DNA of 55,731 nucleotides from NCBI GenBank assembly GCA_012862495.1, contig BLSG01000124.1:21756-77486 (forward strand), read 5' to 3'. This document shows, piece by piece, positions 33,817 to 45,200 of the stretch; position 1 is the first letter of the stretch; every line of letters begins with the position of its first letter. Under the pieces are notes generated by a model. It had not been told where the DNA came from. It did not search any database and saw only the letters and a program-made list of their open reading frames with translations. This DNA comes from Thraustochytrium aureum. Lineage: Eukaryota. A program made the position numbers and the translations under genes.

Positions 33817-35039
33817 ATGCTGGCGCGGGGCCTGAAGGCGTCGGGGTCGGGCGGAGAGACGCCGTCGACGCCCGACCGGAGGCCAAAGCCAGTCAGAATG
33901 GGGCTTCAGGTCGAGCTGCGAAAATGCCTCTGGTGAAGAGGATACAGCTGGCTCTAGTGCCGTACCGCGTGGGAGTCCGCAAGCTGTGGACCAATATCAA
34001 GGTGGCCTATCGCCTGCCGCCAAGTCGCTGCTCAACCTAGAGCACAGGCTTTCGCGGCGCGAGCGCCGCCTCGTCCTGCGCACCGTGCTTGACATCACAA
34101 AGCTCCTCCCTTTCGCGCTCGTGGCGGCCGCGCCGGGGGGCAGCCTGGTGCTTCCGGTCCTGGCGCGCCTCGTCCCGTCATCGCTGCCCACGACCTTCAA
34201 CATGCCGTCCAAGGCCGACCTCGAGCGCGCTTACAAGCTCGCCGACNNNNNNNNNNNNNNNNNNNNNNNNNNNNNNNNNNNNNNNNNNNNNNNNNNNNNN
34301 NNNNNNNNNNNNNNNNNNNNNNNNNNNNNNNNNNNNNNNNNNNNNNNNNNNNNNNNNNNNNNNNNNNNNNNNNNNNNNNNNNNNNNNNNNNNNNNNNNNN
34401 NNNNNNNNNNNNNNNNNNNNNNNNNNNNNNNNNNNNNNNNNNNNNNNNNNNNNNNNNNNNNNNNNNNNNNNNNNNNNNNNNNNNNNNNNNNAGCGTCGCC
34501 AACATAGTGCGATCCATGCACAGCAACCAGGTTCGGGAGAACCGCCAGCTGCACGAGCTGCTTGCGCATGCGAGCCAGGATGTGCCGGGCGGCCCCGCGG
34601 CCCGGGTGCTGCCTTCGGAATACATCGAGCTTTTATACACGCAGTTCTCCGAGGACGACCTTCTCGAGGCGCTCAACGTCACCCAGCTCGAGCGGCTCAG
34701 CAGCCACCTGAACCGACGTCGTCCATCATGCTGCACATGGTCGCCAACGACCGGTACCGGTACTCGATCCTGCGGTATCAGCTGTCCAAGCACCTGGAGC
34801 GCATAAACTCTGACGACGTCATGCTTGCCGAGGAGGGTGCCGGGTCGCTCTCGGACCAGGACCTCGTGCAGGCCTGCTTGGACCGGGGCCTCTGCCGCGA
34901 GGGCGCGCCGCCGGGCGCGCGGGACGCGCTCGTCTCCAAGCTAAACCTGTGGCTCTTCTCTTCTGTCGGCCGCCACGTGCCCGCGACGCTGCTCGCTTTC
35001 GGTGCGATGGCGCCCTCGGACGACCTCTCCGCCTCGTAG
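33817..35039 (+). CDS. LETM1: LETM1/Mdm38-like mitochondrial inner-membrane protein (frameshifts and N gap)
   Basis: LSRRERRLVLRTVLDITKLLPF..PVLARLVPSSLPTTF and LRYQLSKHLERINSDDVMLAEEG..LSDQDLVQACLDRG..LNLWL..VPATLL. The start is approximate. Confidence 0.8.
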
Positions 35040-35339
35040 CTGCCAGCGCGGTTGTGCCAAGCGCCTTTCGACCGGTTGCTTGCTCGATGGGTTGATTGAT
35101 CTTGATCAATCAATCAAGATGGTTGCTTGCAAGATTGATTTCAAGATCATCATGATCCCGAGCGCGATTTGGTTTTGGAGTTGGGAGACCTCCGTGGAGC
35201 GGATCCGGCTCGTCCGCAGCGAACACCCTGTTGTTCTTCTGTGGTGACTCGCTCGTGAGTGTGCGAGAGAGAAAGAGATAGAGAAAGGTGGGGGCACGTG
35301 CCAAAACGAACGCACTTGGCTCAGCGCAAACAAGTGCTT

Positions 35340-35404
35340 TCTTCTGTTCTGTGCTGTTCTGTGCTGTTCTTTTCTGTTCTTTTCTATTCTTTTCTGTTCT
35401 TTTC
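35340..35404. repeat. Pyrimidine-rich (TTCTG/TTCTT)n microsatellite
   Basis: Visible pentamer run ttctgttctgtgctgttct...ttctgttcttttc. Confidence 0.8.
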
Positions 35405-36207
35405 CTCTGGATGTGCTCAAGGCTCGCTCGCCTGTGACTCTCCCCGCGTGCCTCACAGTCCTCTTCACAGTCCAGGCTCGTGGGCTCGTAGTAGGCCCTG
35501 AGGAGACCCAGTGTTCCTCCGTTCTTTCTTCGAGAAGAAGCTCACCTCACACTCGCCAGTTTGACAGAAACCTACCGATGTGAGGCGAGCACGGAGTTGT
35601 GAACAGCGGCGTCTCTCTCTCTCTCCTTCAGTCTCTCTTTCTCGCGCTCTCCTTCCTTCTGTTCTCTGCCTCTCTCTCTCTCTCGCGCATTTTAAAACTT
35701 ATAATAATTTTTCAATCAAGCCAGAATGTGGCGCCACAATTTGCATCGGCAGACCCAAAGCCCAGTGTTGCACGCGACGCTCTGCACCGAACTCGAACTC
35801 TCCGGCTCGGTCGAAGACACCAGACCGCGTTCATCGACGCCGCCGCCGCCGCGATAGCTCCCGAGTAGCAGCCTCGCCGCCAAGGCAAGAGCGCGCCAGC
35901 CGGGCGAGCCGCACCGGTGCGCAGCGACGATACAGCGAGCGACACGACAACGAGCAACGCGCGATTGCTGCGTCAGGTTCACGCCGGCGTCCCTGCTCGC
36001 CCAGACGCGGCTCGAGCCGCAGCGCAGCGCCAACAGCGACGCAAGCCCCAAGCTCGGCTTGGGTTTGGACTGGGGCTGTGCCCGCCAGCAGCACAGTACC
36101 AGCCAGCAGCGAGCCGTCCTGCAGGTCGCGCTGAAAGCGGCAAGTCGGCGAGTCGCTGTGTCGGACGCCACCCCGCCCGCGAGTGGGAGGGTGGCGGGGC
36201 CAGCAGG

Positions 36208-37014
36208 ATGGGCGGGTGCGTGAGCGCAAAAGGGTATGGCCCGGACGTGCACAGGAGCACGAGTACGACAAACTGGAGGCCAAGCAAGACGGCGAGAGGG
36301 ACGAAAAAAGCTTCGATGGTCGCGTTTCGGTTTGATGACAGCCAGAGCACCGTGCTCAAGGCGACCAAGTCGTTCAAGGAGCGCGAGGTGCGGGAAGAGG
36401 CTCTGGCGGCTGGTTTCCCGTCCCCGCACTCTAGCACAGCGGGAAGCCGGTCGGGATGGGCCTCGACTGCCTCAGACGATGAAGACGACGACGAGGGGCG
36501 CGAGCAGACCGAACTGTTTGCCGACCCCGCGCGATTCCGCAGCTCGCGCAAACGCAGCTCCTCAAGCGATTCGGAGGACGGGGATGATGAGGTCGAGGTT
36601 GTGATCGACGAGGAAAGCATCCGCCTCAGCGAGCCGCGCAGCCAGACCGGGAGTGCGCGGGAGGCGCAGAGCCGCAAGAGCTCACACCACAAGAGCTCAC
36701 ACCGCAAGAGCTCACACCACAAGAGCGCGCACCGCAAGAGCGCGCACCGCAAGGCCTCGGAAAAGTCGGGCAACGCTGCGCGCTCTTCGCGCTCCCGTAG
36801 CTCGAATTCCCAGGTTCACCGCAGCGTCGTGTCTGACAGCGCTGCTGTGGATGGTTCCAAGGTCTCACTGCCAAGGTTTAACAGCGAGGGCCCGATGGGG
36901 CGATCGTGGGAGCGTGTGCAAGCCGTCATGGCGCGCAAGTCCAGTTCTCGCGAGGCCGACTCGCGCAGCTCGCTCACCGCCACCGCTGCCTTTGTGGACA
37001 CATCGGCCTCATGA
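36208..37014 (+). CDS. Ser-rich low-complexity protein with N-terminal MGGCVS myristoylation/palmitoylation motif
   Basis: ATG 36208 gives MGGCVSAK. There are acidic and Ser tracts and five (R/H)KS(S/A)H repeats encoded by a 15-nt unit at 36673-36750. Confidence 0.6.
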   Translation: MGGCVSAKGYGPDVHRSTSTTNWRPSKTARGTKKASMVAFRFDDSQSTVLKATKSFKEREVREEALAAGFPSPHSSTAGSRSGWASTASDDEDDDEGREQTELFADPARFRSSRKRSSSSDSEDGDDEVEVVIDEESIRLSEPRSQTGSAREAQSRKSSHHKSSHRKSSHHKSAHRKSAHRKASEKSGNAARSSRSRSSNSQVHRSVVSDSAAVDGSKVSLPRFNSEGPMGRSWERVQAVMARKSSSREADSRSSLTATAAFVDTSAS

Positions 37015-37741
37015 CCCGTGGCGCTGTCGATGGTCGTGTCACAGAGTAGCTGGTGCGTCGGCTGTGCCTTTGGCACGCTGCGTGGGTCGAGTTATGGAGG
37101 TGTCTTGCAGGTGCTGAAGGGATCAGCTGCCTGCGCTCGCCCCGCTTCTTGTACAGATTTCAATAAAAAGAAATTGCTTTCGCCCGTTCGCCCACCTCCT
37201 GCATCGCGCCGACGGCGCGCCCATGCGAGCGGAGCGATTTCGTATTCTGTGCAGCCGTGCGAGTTGGCTCGATCGGTTTGGTGCATAAGATACCGCAGAT
37301 CCGCTGCGGGTGCGGCGCACCTGAACCGCGCAAGATGCAAAACCCAGAACAAAAGTGCCAGAAGGTGGAGACGCGCTCGGCGCACACCAGCAACGCCGCG
37401 TCAAGCGTTGTTGAACACGGTGTCCGTCCACGTGACGACGACAGCGTCCGCCCTCAGGCTGCGGCATGCTGGAGTCGGGACACTCGCCGCAATGTTCATT
37501 GTCGGCGGAGGCTGACTGACGTTGGGTGAGCAAAGCCATAACAGAATCCCACAACACCACCGTGGCGACGCAACCAGAGTCCCCGGCTACGCATCAGCAG
37601 CCGGTAGACGACGACGGCGCTAAGCGATCAGTGGCAACCAAGAGCACACTACCATCGGTCCGGAGCGGCTGAGCGAGGATAAGGATTCGCCTACGGGCCT
37701 GCGGCTCGAGCAGTCCCAGCAGCACTCGGCATCACGCGAGA

Positions 37742-39138
37742 ATGGCCTTTCTGCGCGGCGTGAAACCCGCGACAGTCCACGCGATTCTTATAAGCCTGTG
37801 GAGCGGCGCCTACTACGGCCTCAACGCGGGGATCATTTCGGGGATCGGGCGGTCGATCGTGAAATGCCACTTTTTCAAGCGCGAAAGCGACGAGTTGAGC
37901 GCAATGTACCAAGGCGTGCTCGTGGGGAGCATCCTCCTCGGCGCGATGCTCGGTAGCCTGGTCGGTGTGCCCCTTGCCGACCGCTTTGGCCGCCGGCGCG
38001 CCTTTCAAGCTGCGGGCCTCCTCGGCCTCTCGGTTGGCGCGCTGCCGTTCCTCGCAAGCTACACCGTCATGGTCTCGGCGCGGCTCGTCGTCGGGGTACC
38101 CATCGGTATGCTTTGCACGCTCTGCCCGCTGTACGTGTGCGAGATGGTCTCGGACGAGATCCGTGGCGCCGTGGGCACGTGCATGCAGATGGCGATCGCG
38201 CTCATGCTCGCCGTGGCCCAGTTCATCAACTACGCCTTCATGCCAGACTACGACATGGACAGCGACGACCCGGGCCTCTCGTGCGTGGACGAGACCAAGT
38301 GGCGCGTCCAGCTCGCGACGGGCCTCATTCCCGTTGCGCTGCTGTTGGCGCACGCGCTCACGTGTCTGCCCGAGTCGCCCGCCTGGATCGAGGCAAAGCG
38401 CGCCGCGATGGGCTGGTCGCCTGGCTCGCGCCGAGGGCGCGCCCCCTCGGCATGCTTGCTTGCGCCAACTGGTGCTAGCGAGGTCAACCCGCTCGAGCCT
38501 TGCGAGCGGTCGACGGCCGGGGAGTACCAGCTCTTGGCTGGAGCCTCGGAATCCACGCCTGGAGCCGCCGAGCTCGGCAGTGTTGCCCACAGCACAAAGC
38601 CCATGACCTGGTGGCAGCTGCTGACCACCCGCGAGGGACTCTGGTGGGCGGCCATCGGAGTTGGCCTCGGTTGCACGACGATGCTGACTGGCATGGACGC
38701 AATCATGTTTTACGGGCCGCAAATCATCAGCGGCACGGGCATGTCCAATGTGACGCTGGTCACGTTCCTTGTCGTTGGCGTCTTCAACTTTGTTTGCGTG
38801 TTTGTGGCGACGGCGCTCGTTGACCGCCTGGGCCGACGGCCGCTCATGATCGCGGCAATCTCTGGCATGACGCTCGGCACCATGCTGCTCTCGCTGTCGT
38901 ACGGCTGGCTCAGCGCCGCCCCGACGGGCATACAGAGCGCCGTGTCTATGGCCGGGGTCATGGTCTTTATCCTCGCGTTTGAGGTGGGGCCGGGCTCCCT
39001 CTTCTTCATCATGGCGTCAGAGACCTTCCCGGCGCATGTTCGCCCGGTGGCCTTGCCCTTCACGAACTTTGTGCAGTGGATTTGCAACATCATCGTCGCG
39101 GTCTTCTTTCCTGTGATGAGCGCCGCGCTCGGGCCGTC
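37742..39138 (+). CDS. MFS sugar porter family transporter (3' end lost in N gap)
   Basis: Motifs LADRFGRR, ARLVVG, PLYVCEMVSDEIRG, WRVQL, PESP, LTGMDAIMFYGP, LVDRLGRRPL, GPGSLFFIMASETFP and VRP. Confidence 0.93.
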
Positions 39139-39581
39139 NNNNNNNNNNNNNNNNNNNNNNNNNNNNNNNNNNNNNNNNNNNNNNNNNNNNNNNNNNNNNN
39201 NNNNNNNNNNNNNNNNNNNNNNNNNNNNNNNNNNNNNNNNNNNNNNNNNNNNNNNNNNNNNNNNNNNNNNNNNNNNNNNNNNNNNNNNNNNNNGCTCCGA
39301 GGGCCCCGAGGCGCGCGCTAGGTGGGTCTTGCTCAGCGAGAGCGAGAAAATCACAAAAGGGAGGCTGCACCGCACATGTACTAGTAGAATTAACCAAGAC
39401 AACAACCGAAACCGATCCCTATTCTGTCCAACTGCCCTGCTCCAGAGCTCGGCCAGGCACTCCCCCCCAGCTGCCCGCCCACAACCCCACGCAATGCCCT
39501 GGAAAGAAACGAAACAGGAAATACAGAGCGCATGGAAGGCGCACACTATGCGTCACCAGCAGCGCCACAAAGCGCCACGGC

Positions 39582-40589
39582 CTAGTGGCCGTGCCCGTGG
39601 CACGGCTTGCCGCCGTGCGAGTGGCCGTGCCCGCTCGACGCAGGCGGGGCCGGCGCAGGGGCGCCGTGGCCATGGCAGGGCTCTCCGCCGTGCGAGTGAC
39701 CGTGCGACGCCTCGTGCGAGTGGCCGTGGTCGGGCTCTCCGTGGCCATGGCATGGCTTGCCACCATGAGAGTGACCGTGGCCGCCGCCGCCGCCGCCGCC
39801 CCCGAGGAGCATCTGCAGCGCCTGCATCTTCATCATCTTCTCCTCGTCCTCGGGCGACGGGTTCTCGACGTATTTGGCGGCCTCCTCCTTGGACATCTTT
39901 TGCAGCTTGGCCTGGATCTTCATCGCTTCAGACTGGATCGTGCCCAGGTACTCGCCGAGCTTTGCTTGGTCGCCGTCCATGCTGTCGAGGGCCTCCATCA
40001 TGTCATCCTGGATCTGCATGAACCGTTCGCGCTGCGCGAGGCGCTCGGCAAACTCCTCTTTGCCCAGGACCGCTTCGCCGACCGTGCGCTGCTCGGCCTC
40101 CTGGAATTCGTCGATCAGCTCTGAGAGCTCGGCCTGCTCGCTCTCGCTCAGTTCGTCCGAGTTTGCGCGAAAGCCGGCGCCTGTGACGGCCTTGGCGGCG
40201 GCTTTGTCGGCGACACCAAAGCGCGCCCAGATCGCAGAGTAGACCTCGTCAAGCCGGGTCCGCGTCCGCAGGGTCCGTTCACGGTGGCCAGACTCGTCCA
40301 CCGGCACGCCCTCGTTCAGCTTCTCCAGCTCCTCGCGCGTGGCCTCCGCGTCCAGGGCCTCTGTCGCCTGCTTGAAAAACGCCATCAGCAGCTCCACGGG
40401 CACCTCGCCGTCGATCTCCTCGGCCACCTTGAGCGCGCCGAGCTTGGCCAGCAGATCGGCATCGTCGCCGGCCGCCTCCGCCACGCCGCCGGCGTCCGCG
40501 ACCAGCAGGCGCAGTTCGGCCTCCTTGGTCGCGTTCAGCCTCTCCAGCGCGGCCACCTTGGCCTCCAGTTCCTCCACGGTCGAGCCCAT
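39582..40589 (-). CDS. Helical acidic protein with C-terminal His-rich HGHSHGGxPCHGH repeats
   Basis: Clean ORF from ATG 40589 (MGSTVEELEAK). Three HGHSHGG(K/E)PCHGH units and one extra HGHSH. Confidence 0.75.
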   Translation of the reverse strand: MGSTVEELEAKVAALERLNATKEAELRLLVADAGGVAEAAGDDADLLAKLGALKVAEEIDGEVPVELLMAFFKQATEALDAEATREELEKLNEGVPVDESGHRERTLRTRTRLDEVYSAIWARFGVADKAAAKAVTGAGFRANSDELSESEQAELSELIDEFQEAEQRTVGEAVLGKEEFAERLAQRERFMQIQDDMMEALDSMDGDQAKLGEYLGTIQSEAMKIQAKLQKMSKEEAAKYVENPSPEDEEKMMKMQALQMLLGGGGGGGGHGHSHGGKPCHGHGEPDHGHSHEASHGHSHGGEPCHGHGAPAPAPPASSGHGHSHGGKPCHGHGH

Positions 40590-41029
40590 CCCTGCGCGTC
40601 CACGCCCTCCTCCTGCTGCTGCTGCTGCTGCTGCTGCTCCTGCTCGTGCTCCTGCTCCTGCTCCTGCTGCGCTGCTGTACTGCTTGCTGCTCTCCCGTGC
40701 TCCTGCTCTGGTGAGGAGTTGGCCACAGAAACAACAACGAACAAACCGAGCAACACGAATAAAATGAGCACGCCGAGTAAATAACCACACGAATGAAATG
40801 AACAATTCTCAGAGATGAACAAACCGAGCAACACTCCAGAACGAACAGACCGAGCAACACTAATGGGTAAGGAATGAACAAAATGAGCAAAAGAATGCGA
40901 CGCAAATCGTCCGATTTTTTTCAACGTTCTTGAAAGTTGGCGTGTGCCACAATGACGATGATTGACTTGCACGGATTTGCCACGGATGGATCTGTTCTTG
41001 TGCAAGCGCAAGCGCCGCGGCTGTGAATC

Positions 41030-41082
41030 TCGCTCGCTCGCTCGCTCGCTCGCTCGCTCGTTCGCACGCTCGCACGCTCGCT
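41030..41082. repeat. (GCTC)n microsatellite
   Basis: tcgctcgctcgctcg... run. Confidence 0.85.
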
Positions 41083-41406
41083 CGGCAAGGAGGACCCTCT
41101 TCATTCCCACAGATTGGCTTGAACCTTTGCTGGCGGGCTGGGTTTGGGATCGATCATCTGTGGGCCCTCTCGCGTCCGATTCCGGCCTCCTCGCGACAAA
41201 ATACGCCGGCCGAGTCTCATCACTCGATCAGGGCACGGGCCGCAGTATAGTTCCAGAGTTGAGGCAGAGCCCGAACACCGCGGTCGAGGACCACCTTGCA
41301 GACAGATTCTTCTGCCAGTGCGGCCTCGGCGAGAACGGCAGGCTATTGTTGACCCGGCTGGCGCTGCGCCCGACACACCACCAAGTCGGGGCCTGCGCGG
41401 GCCCAG

Positions 41407-42150
41407 ATGGTGGCGGGCCTTGGCCAGCACCACAGCTCCACGCTGCGGGGACTGCAACAGCAAACCGGGGACTCGGGGGCGGGACTCGGCGGCCAAACGT
41501 CGAGCCGCGGCAGGGTCAGCTATGGCCTCTTCGCCGCCGCCTCCGTCGGGGGCATCATCGGACTGCTGGTGCTAGCCATTCTGGCGGTTGTCGCGTACCG
41601 GCGACTACGGTACAGCAAGTCGCTCCCGAGCTCCGCCCGGTGGCACTTCTTCATCTCGTTCCTGGAAAACCACCCCAGCGAGAACAAAGTCAACATGCTG
41701 CAAGAGTGGTTCCGGTCAAAGAACTTCAAGGTCTGGTTCGACCCAATGGCCGAAGGGCCCCTGATCGACGACGCTGTGGAGGAATCGGAGGTCTTTGTCC
41801 TCTTCCTGTTTAGCGGCGCGCTGACTTCGGACCACACATGCAAGCTGCTGCACAAGGCCGTCCAGGGCGGCAAGCCGATCTTTCTGCTCGTAGACGAAAA
41901 GTTCGACGTGGGCGAGATCGAGTTTGGCTCGGGCTGCCCGCCCGATGTGAAGGACCGGATTCTGCCCAAGCTGCTGGCCTGCGTCGAGCCCATTGTGTTC
42001 TCCTTCAAGTCGGACTCGGCGGAACGCCACAGCAACGGCACCGTGCGCCAGCTCGAGCTCGCGTACTACAAGCGCAAAAGCTACGTCTTTTCTCGCCTCA
42101 TCGAGGGCGAGCCAAAGCTCACCGTCGAGGTAGTGGCGCCGCAACTGTAA
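41407..42150 (+). CDS. Single-pass membrane protein with cytoplasmic TIR domain
   Basis: TM GGIIGLLVLAILAVVAYRR, then WHFFISF..LQEWFRSKNFKVWFD..IDDAVEESEVFVLFL..AVQGGKPIFLL, which follows the TIR strand/helix pattern. The 5' extent is uncertain. Confidence 0.75.
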   Translation: MVAGLGQHHSSTLRGLQQQTGDSGAGLGGQTSSRGRVSYGLFAAASVGGIIGLLVLAILAVVAYRRLRYSKSLPSSARWHFFISFLENHPSENKVNMLQEWFRSKNFKVWFDPMAEGPLIDDAVEESEVFVLFLFSGALTSDHTCKLLHKAVQGGKPIFLLVDEKFDVGEIEFGSGCPPDVKDRILPKLLACVEPIVFSFKSDSAERHSNGTVRQLELAYYKRKSYVFSRLIEGEPKLTVEVVAPQL

Positions 42151-42280
42151 TAGCTCCAGCAGCGATTCAACAAAAACAGCACATGAACTTCCTGCCTTTC
42201 GCAACCCCTCTGCATCCAACAATTTCGCATACTCTACACAGGCGGGCCTGCAACTCGGCCCCAGGCGCCGCAATCGCTGC

Positions 42281-45200
42281 TCAGGAACTCGCGGGCCGTT
42301 GGGCGGCCTCCACCACGGAGACAAAGCCTGGCTGCGGCGCTGCGAAACGAAACGGCGAGGCGCCAAAGTTGACTCGAACGCAGCTCCCTTGTGGCGCCGA
42401 GATCGCCGGCACGAGCCCACCCTCGCAAGGGACGCTCGCGAAGGCGACGCCGACTGGCGCAGAATACTGCCCGTTTAGTCCGTACGAAAAGCCGACCAGT
42501 CTCCAGGTCCGCGCAGCAGCAGACAACGTCGCCTTCGGACCACCTAGCGCCGAACGCGACCCTGGCAGGCCCAGCAGCGCACTCCGCCCCGCCGACGGCC
42601 CAACGCGCGATGCCCTCCTGCGCCAGCAGGGCCGCACCAAAGTTGCCCAGAGCGCCCCGGCGCGAAAAGGGCGGCGAGGCCCAGCCAATCGACGGCGGCG
42701 CGGCGAGTCGAACGATCTCGACCTCATAGTAGACCTTGCCACGGCGAATGACGCACGCGGCTCCGACCGTCGCGTACGACTCAAAGGCAACCTCTGCCAC
42801 CGCGCTGCTGGCCCCGTCACGAAGTATGAACAAGCAGAGGCCGCCAGTTACCCCGCCAAACCGCTCGAGCGGGAGCAGCCCGGCCACCTCTTGGCACGCC
42901 CGCATCTTGGCGTGTTCGAGCCGCGCCATTTCCGCGGCGCAGGGGTTCTGCGCGATCCGCCCAAGAATGTAGGCCGCGTCGTCGCGAACCAAACTCGAGC
43001 CGCTCGGGCCACTCCAGCTGCAAAGCTTGAGAAGGTCCGAGGTGCTGAGGTGCAACGAAACAGCCCGCGGGGCCACCGATGCAAGGTGGGCCAGCGAGCT
43101 GACCGCGAGTGGACAGCCTCCGGGTCCGACGACTTTGCGACCTTGACAAAGGCCGGGACCGCCCCGCACTTGAGGAGCGCCGTGCGGTCCTCGATGCTGC
43201 CGCCGGCGATCAGGCGAAGCGTGGCCATGCACTGGACTACAGCAAAGCCCCGGCGTATGCACCGCACGAGGCGACTGACGCCGCCGTGAGCCACAACCCT
43301 TTCCTTGTAGCGCTCGAAAAAGGAGAGGCTTCTCAACGTGCCAGCTGCGCGGCAAACCACCTCGCCGTTGCGCGAATCGAGCTTGCCCACCAGAGTCCGG
43401 ACAGCACGGTCAGTGTCCCTTTCGTTCCATTCGAGGACTTCGCTTGAAGCCAAATTCCACAGCGCCCCTGCGCAAGAAACGATCACCGACTCGCAGAGCG
43501 ACGTGTCGAGGGTCTGTACAATGGCGCCCACCGCACCGTGCGCCACGAGACAAGCGCGGTTTGCCACGCTAAAGCTCATCGCCAGGATGACGCCGCAGAT
43601 CTGCCTCTGAAGCGAAGGCACAGGCTCGTGCATGAGCAGGTCGACCAGGGCGCGCGTGAGGGCAGACTCGCCTAGAGCGAGCTGGATAGCCTCGTTCGTG
43701 GCAAGAATACGAAGCGTCGCGGCCGCTTTGACAACGAGGAGGGTCGGCTCGTCGCCGCTGTCTTCGGCAGCAGCTTCCTGCTGTCCTTGGGGCGGCCCGC
43801 CAACGGTCCCGACCACGGCACCTCGCCCCGCTGCCCCGCTTTCATCGTCCTCGTCCTCGTCGTCCTCGTCGTCATCGTCCATGTCGTCCTCGTCGTCCAT
43901 CTCCTCTACTGTAGGGCTTTGTTCTCGTGCGCCCCATGCCTGGGCGGCCGCGTCAACGCGACGAACAGCACGAGCGCGCGCCGCGGCGAGTGCCGCCCTC
44001 TCGCAGCAAAGCGAGACGAGCGGGCCGAGGACGCCGAGTTCGACGAGCTTGGGCTTGTTGGTGTCCACGATGGCCAAGTTTCGCAGAGCGCCTGCAGCTT
44101 GGAGCTTGGCCGTGATAGAGCCCTCGCGCAGAATGTCGAGAAGGGCCTGCACCGCGCCAGGGGTGTCGGCGATGATCGCACCAATATTGAGGCTGGCCGC
44201 AAGGTTCCAGAGCGCCCCGGCCGACTCGGCGACCGCCTCGGCGCTCCCTTGACGAAGCACGGTCACCAGGAGTTGAACTACACAGGGATGCTCGCGCACG
44301 AGCCTGTCGCGCTCACCCTCGACCGCGGCCAGAAATAGGAGCGTTGACGAGCAATGCTCGACAATTTCGGCGTCCAGCAAGCTTTCGTGCGGGTCCGCGG
44401 GCGGCTCGGCGACCTCGCCGAGTAGGCCACTCAGCGCACCCACCACAACCTCGGCCACGCCCTGTCGCGCGATCCCGGGCACAGCGTCCTTGTTCTGGCA
44501 GAGCTTCGCGAGGACGTCAAAGGCGAGCTTGCGCACCTCACGGTCCTGGGCGCCGGCCTGCTTGCCGCCGGAGCGCAGCAGGCCGAGCAGCGCTGGGACG
44601 AGGTCGGTTTGCAACAGCGCAGACTCGGCCCCAGGGCCGCCGCCGTCCTGGCGCGAAAAGCTCGAGAAAATGCTGAGGACGTTGACCAGGGCGCCAACGT
44701 CCGACTGCGGCCCCCCCTGGGCCTGCGCAAGGATGTCGAGCAGGGTCGGGGAGAGCAGGCCGGCGTCGAGGTAGCCCGTAAGCTTGACCGCCGCGGTGGC
44801 TTCAGAGCTAATCGCCGCGTTTGCCGCGGCCACAAGGCGCACGACGGCTGTCGCGCGCGTGCGCAGAAGCTTGATGGTGCGTATAGCGCGCATGTCGGCG
44901 ATGCCGGCGAGGTCTTCGACGCCGGCGCAGCCGGTCAGGTCCAGGTGGTACAGCTTTCGGTGCCCGTAGAGCTGGCTAACCGTGGTGAGCGCGGCGCAGT
45001 CTGCAAGGGAGATCTGCTCCAGAGCCCGGCACGAGGCGAGCGCGTCAATGTCGCGAAGGCGCCAGCAGCCACCGAGATCGAGCACGGTGAGATCATGGCA
45101 ATGCCGGAGCCCCGCGATGCTGGTGAGGTGGCGGCACATGTACAGCGAGACCTCGGCGAGGCGGCCAGAGGTGGGCACAAACGAGGCGTCGACCAAGTCG

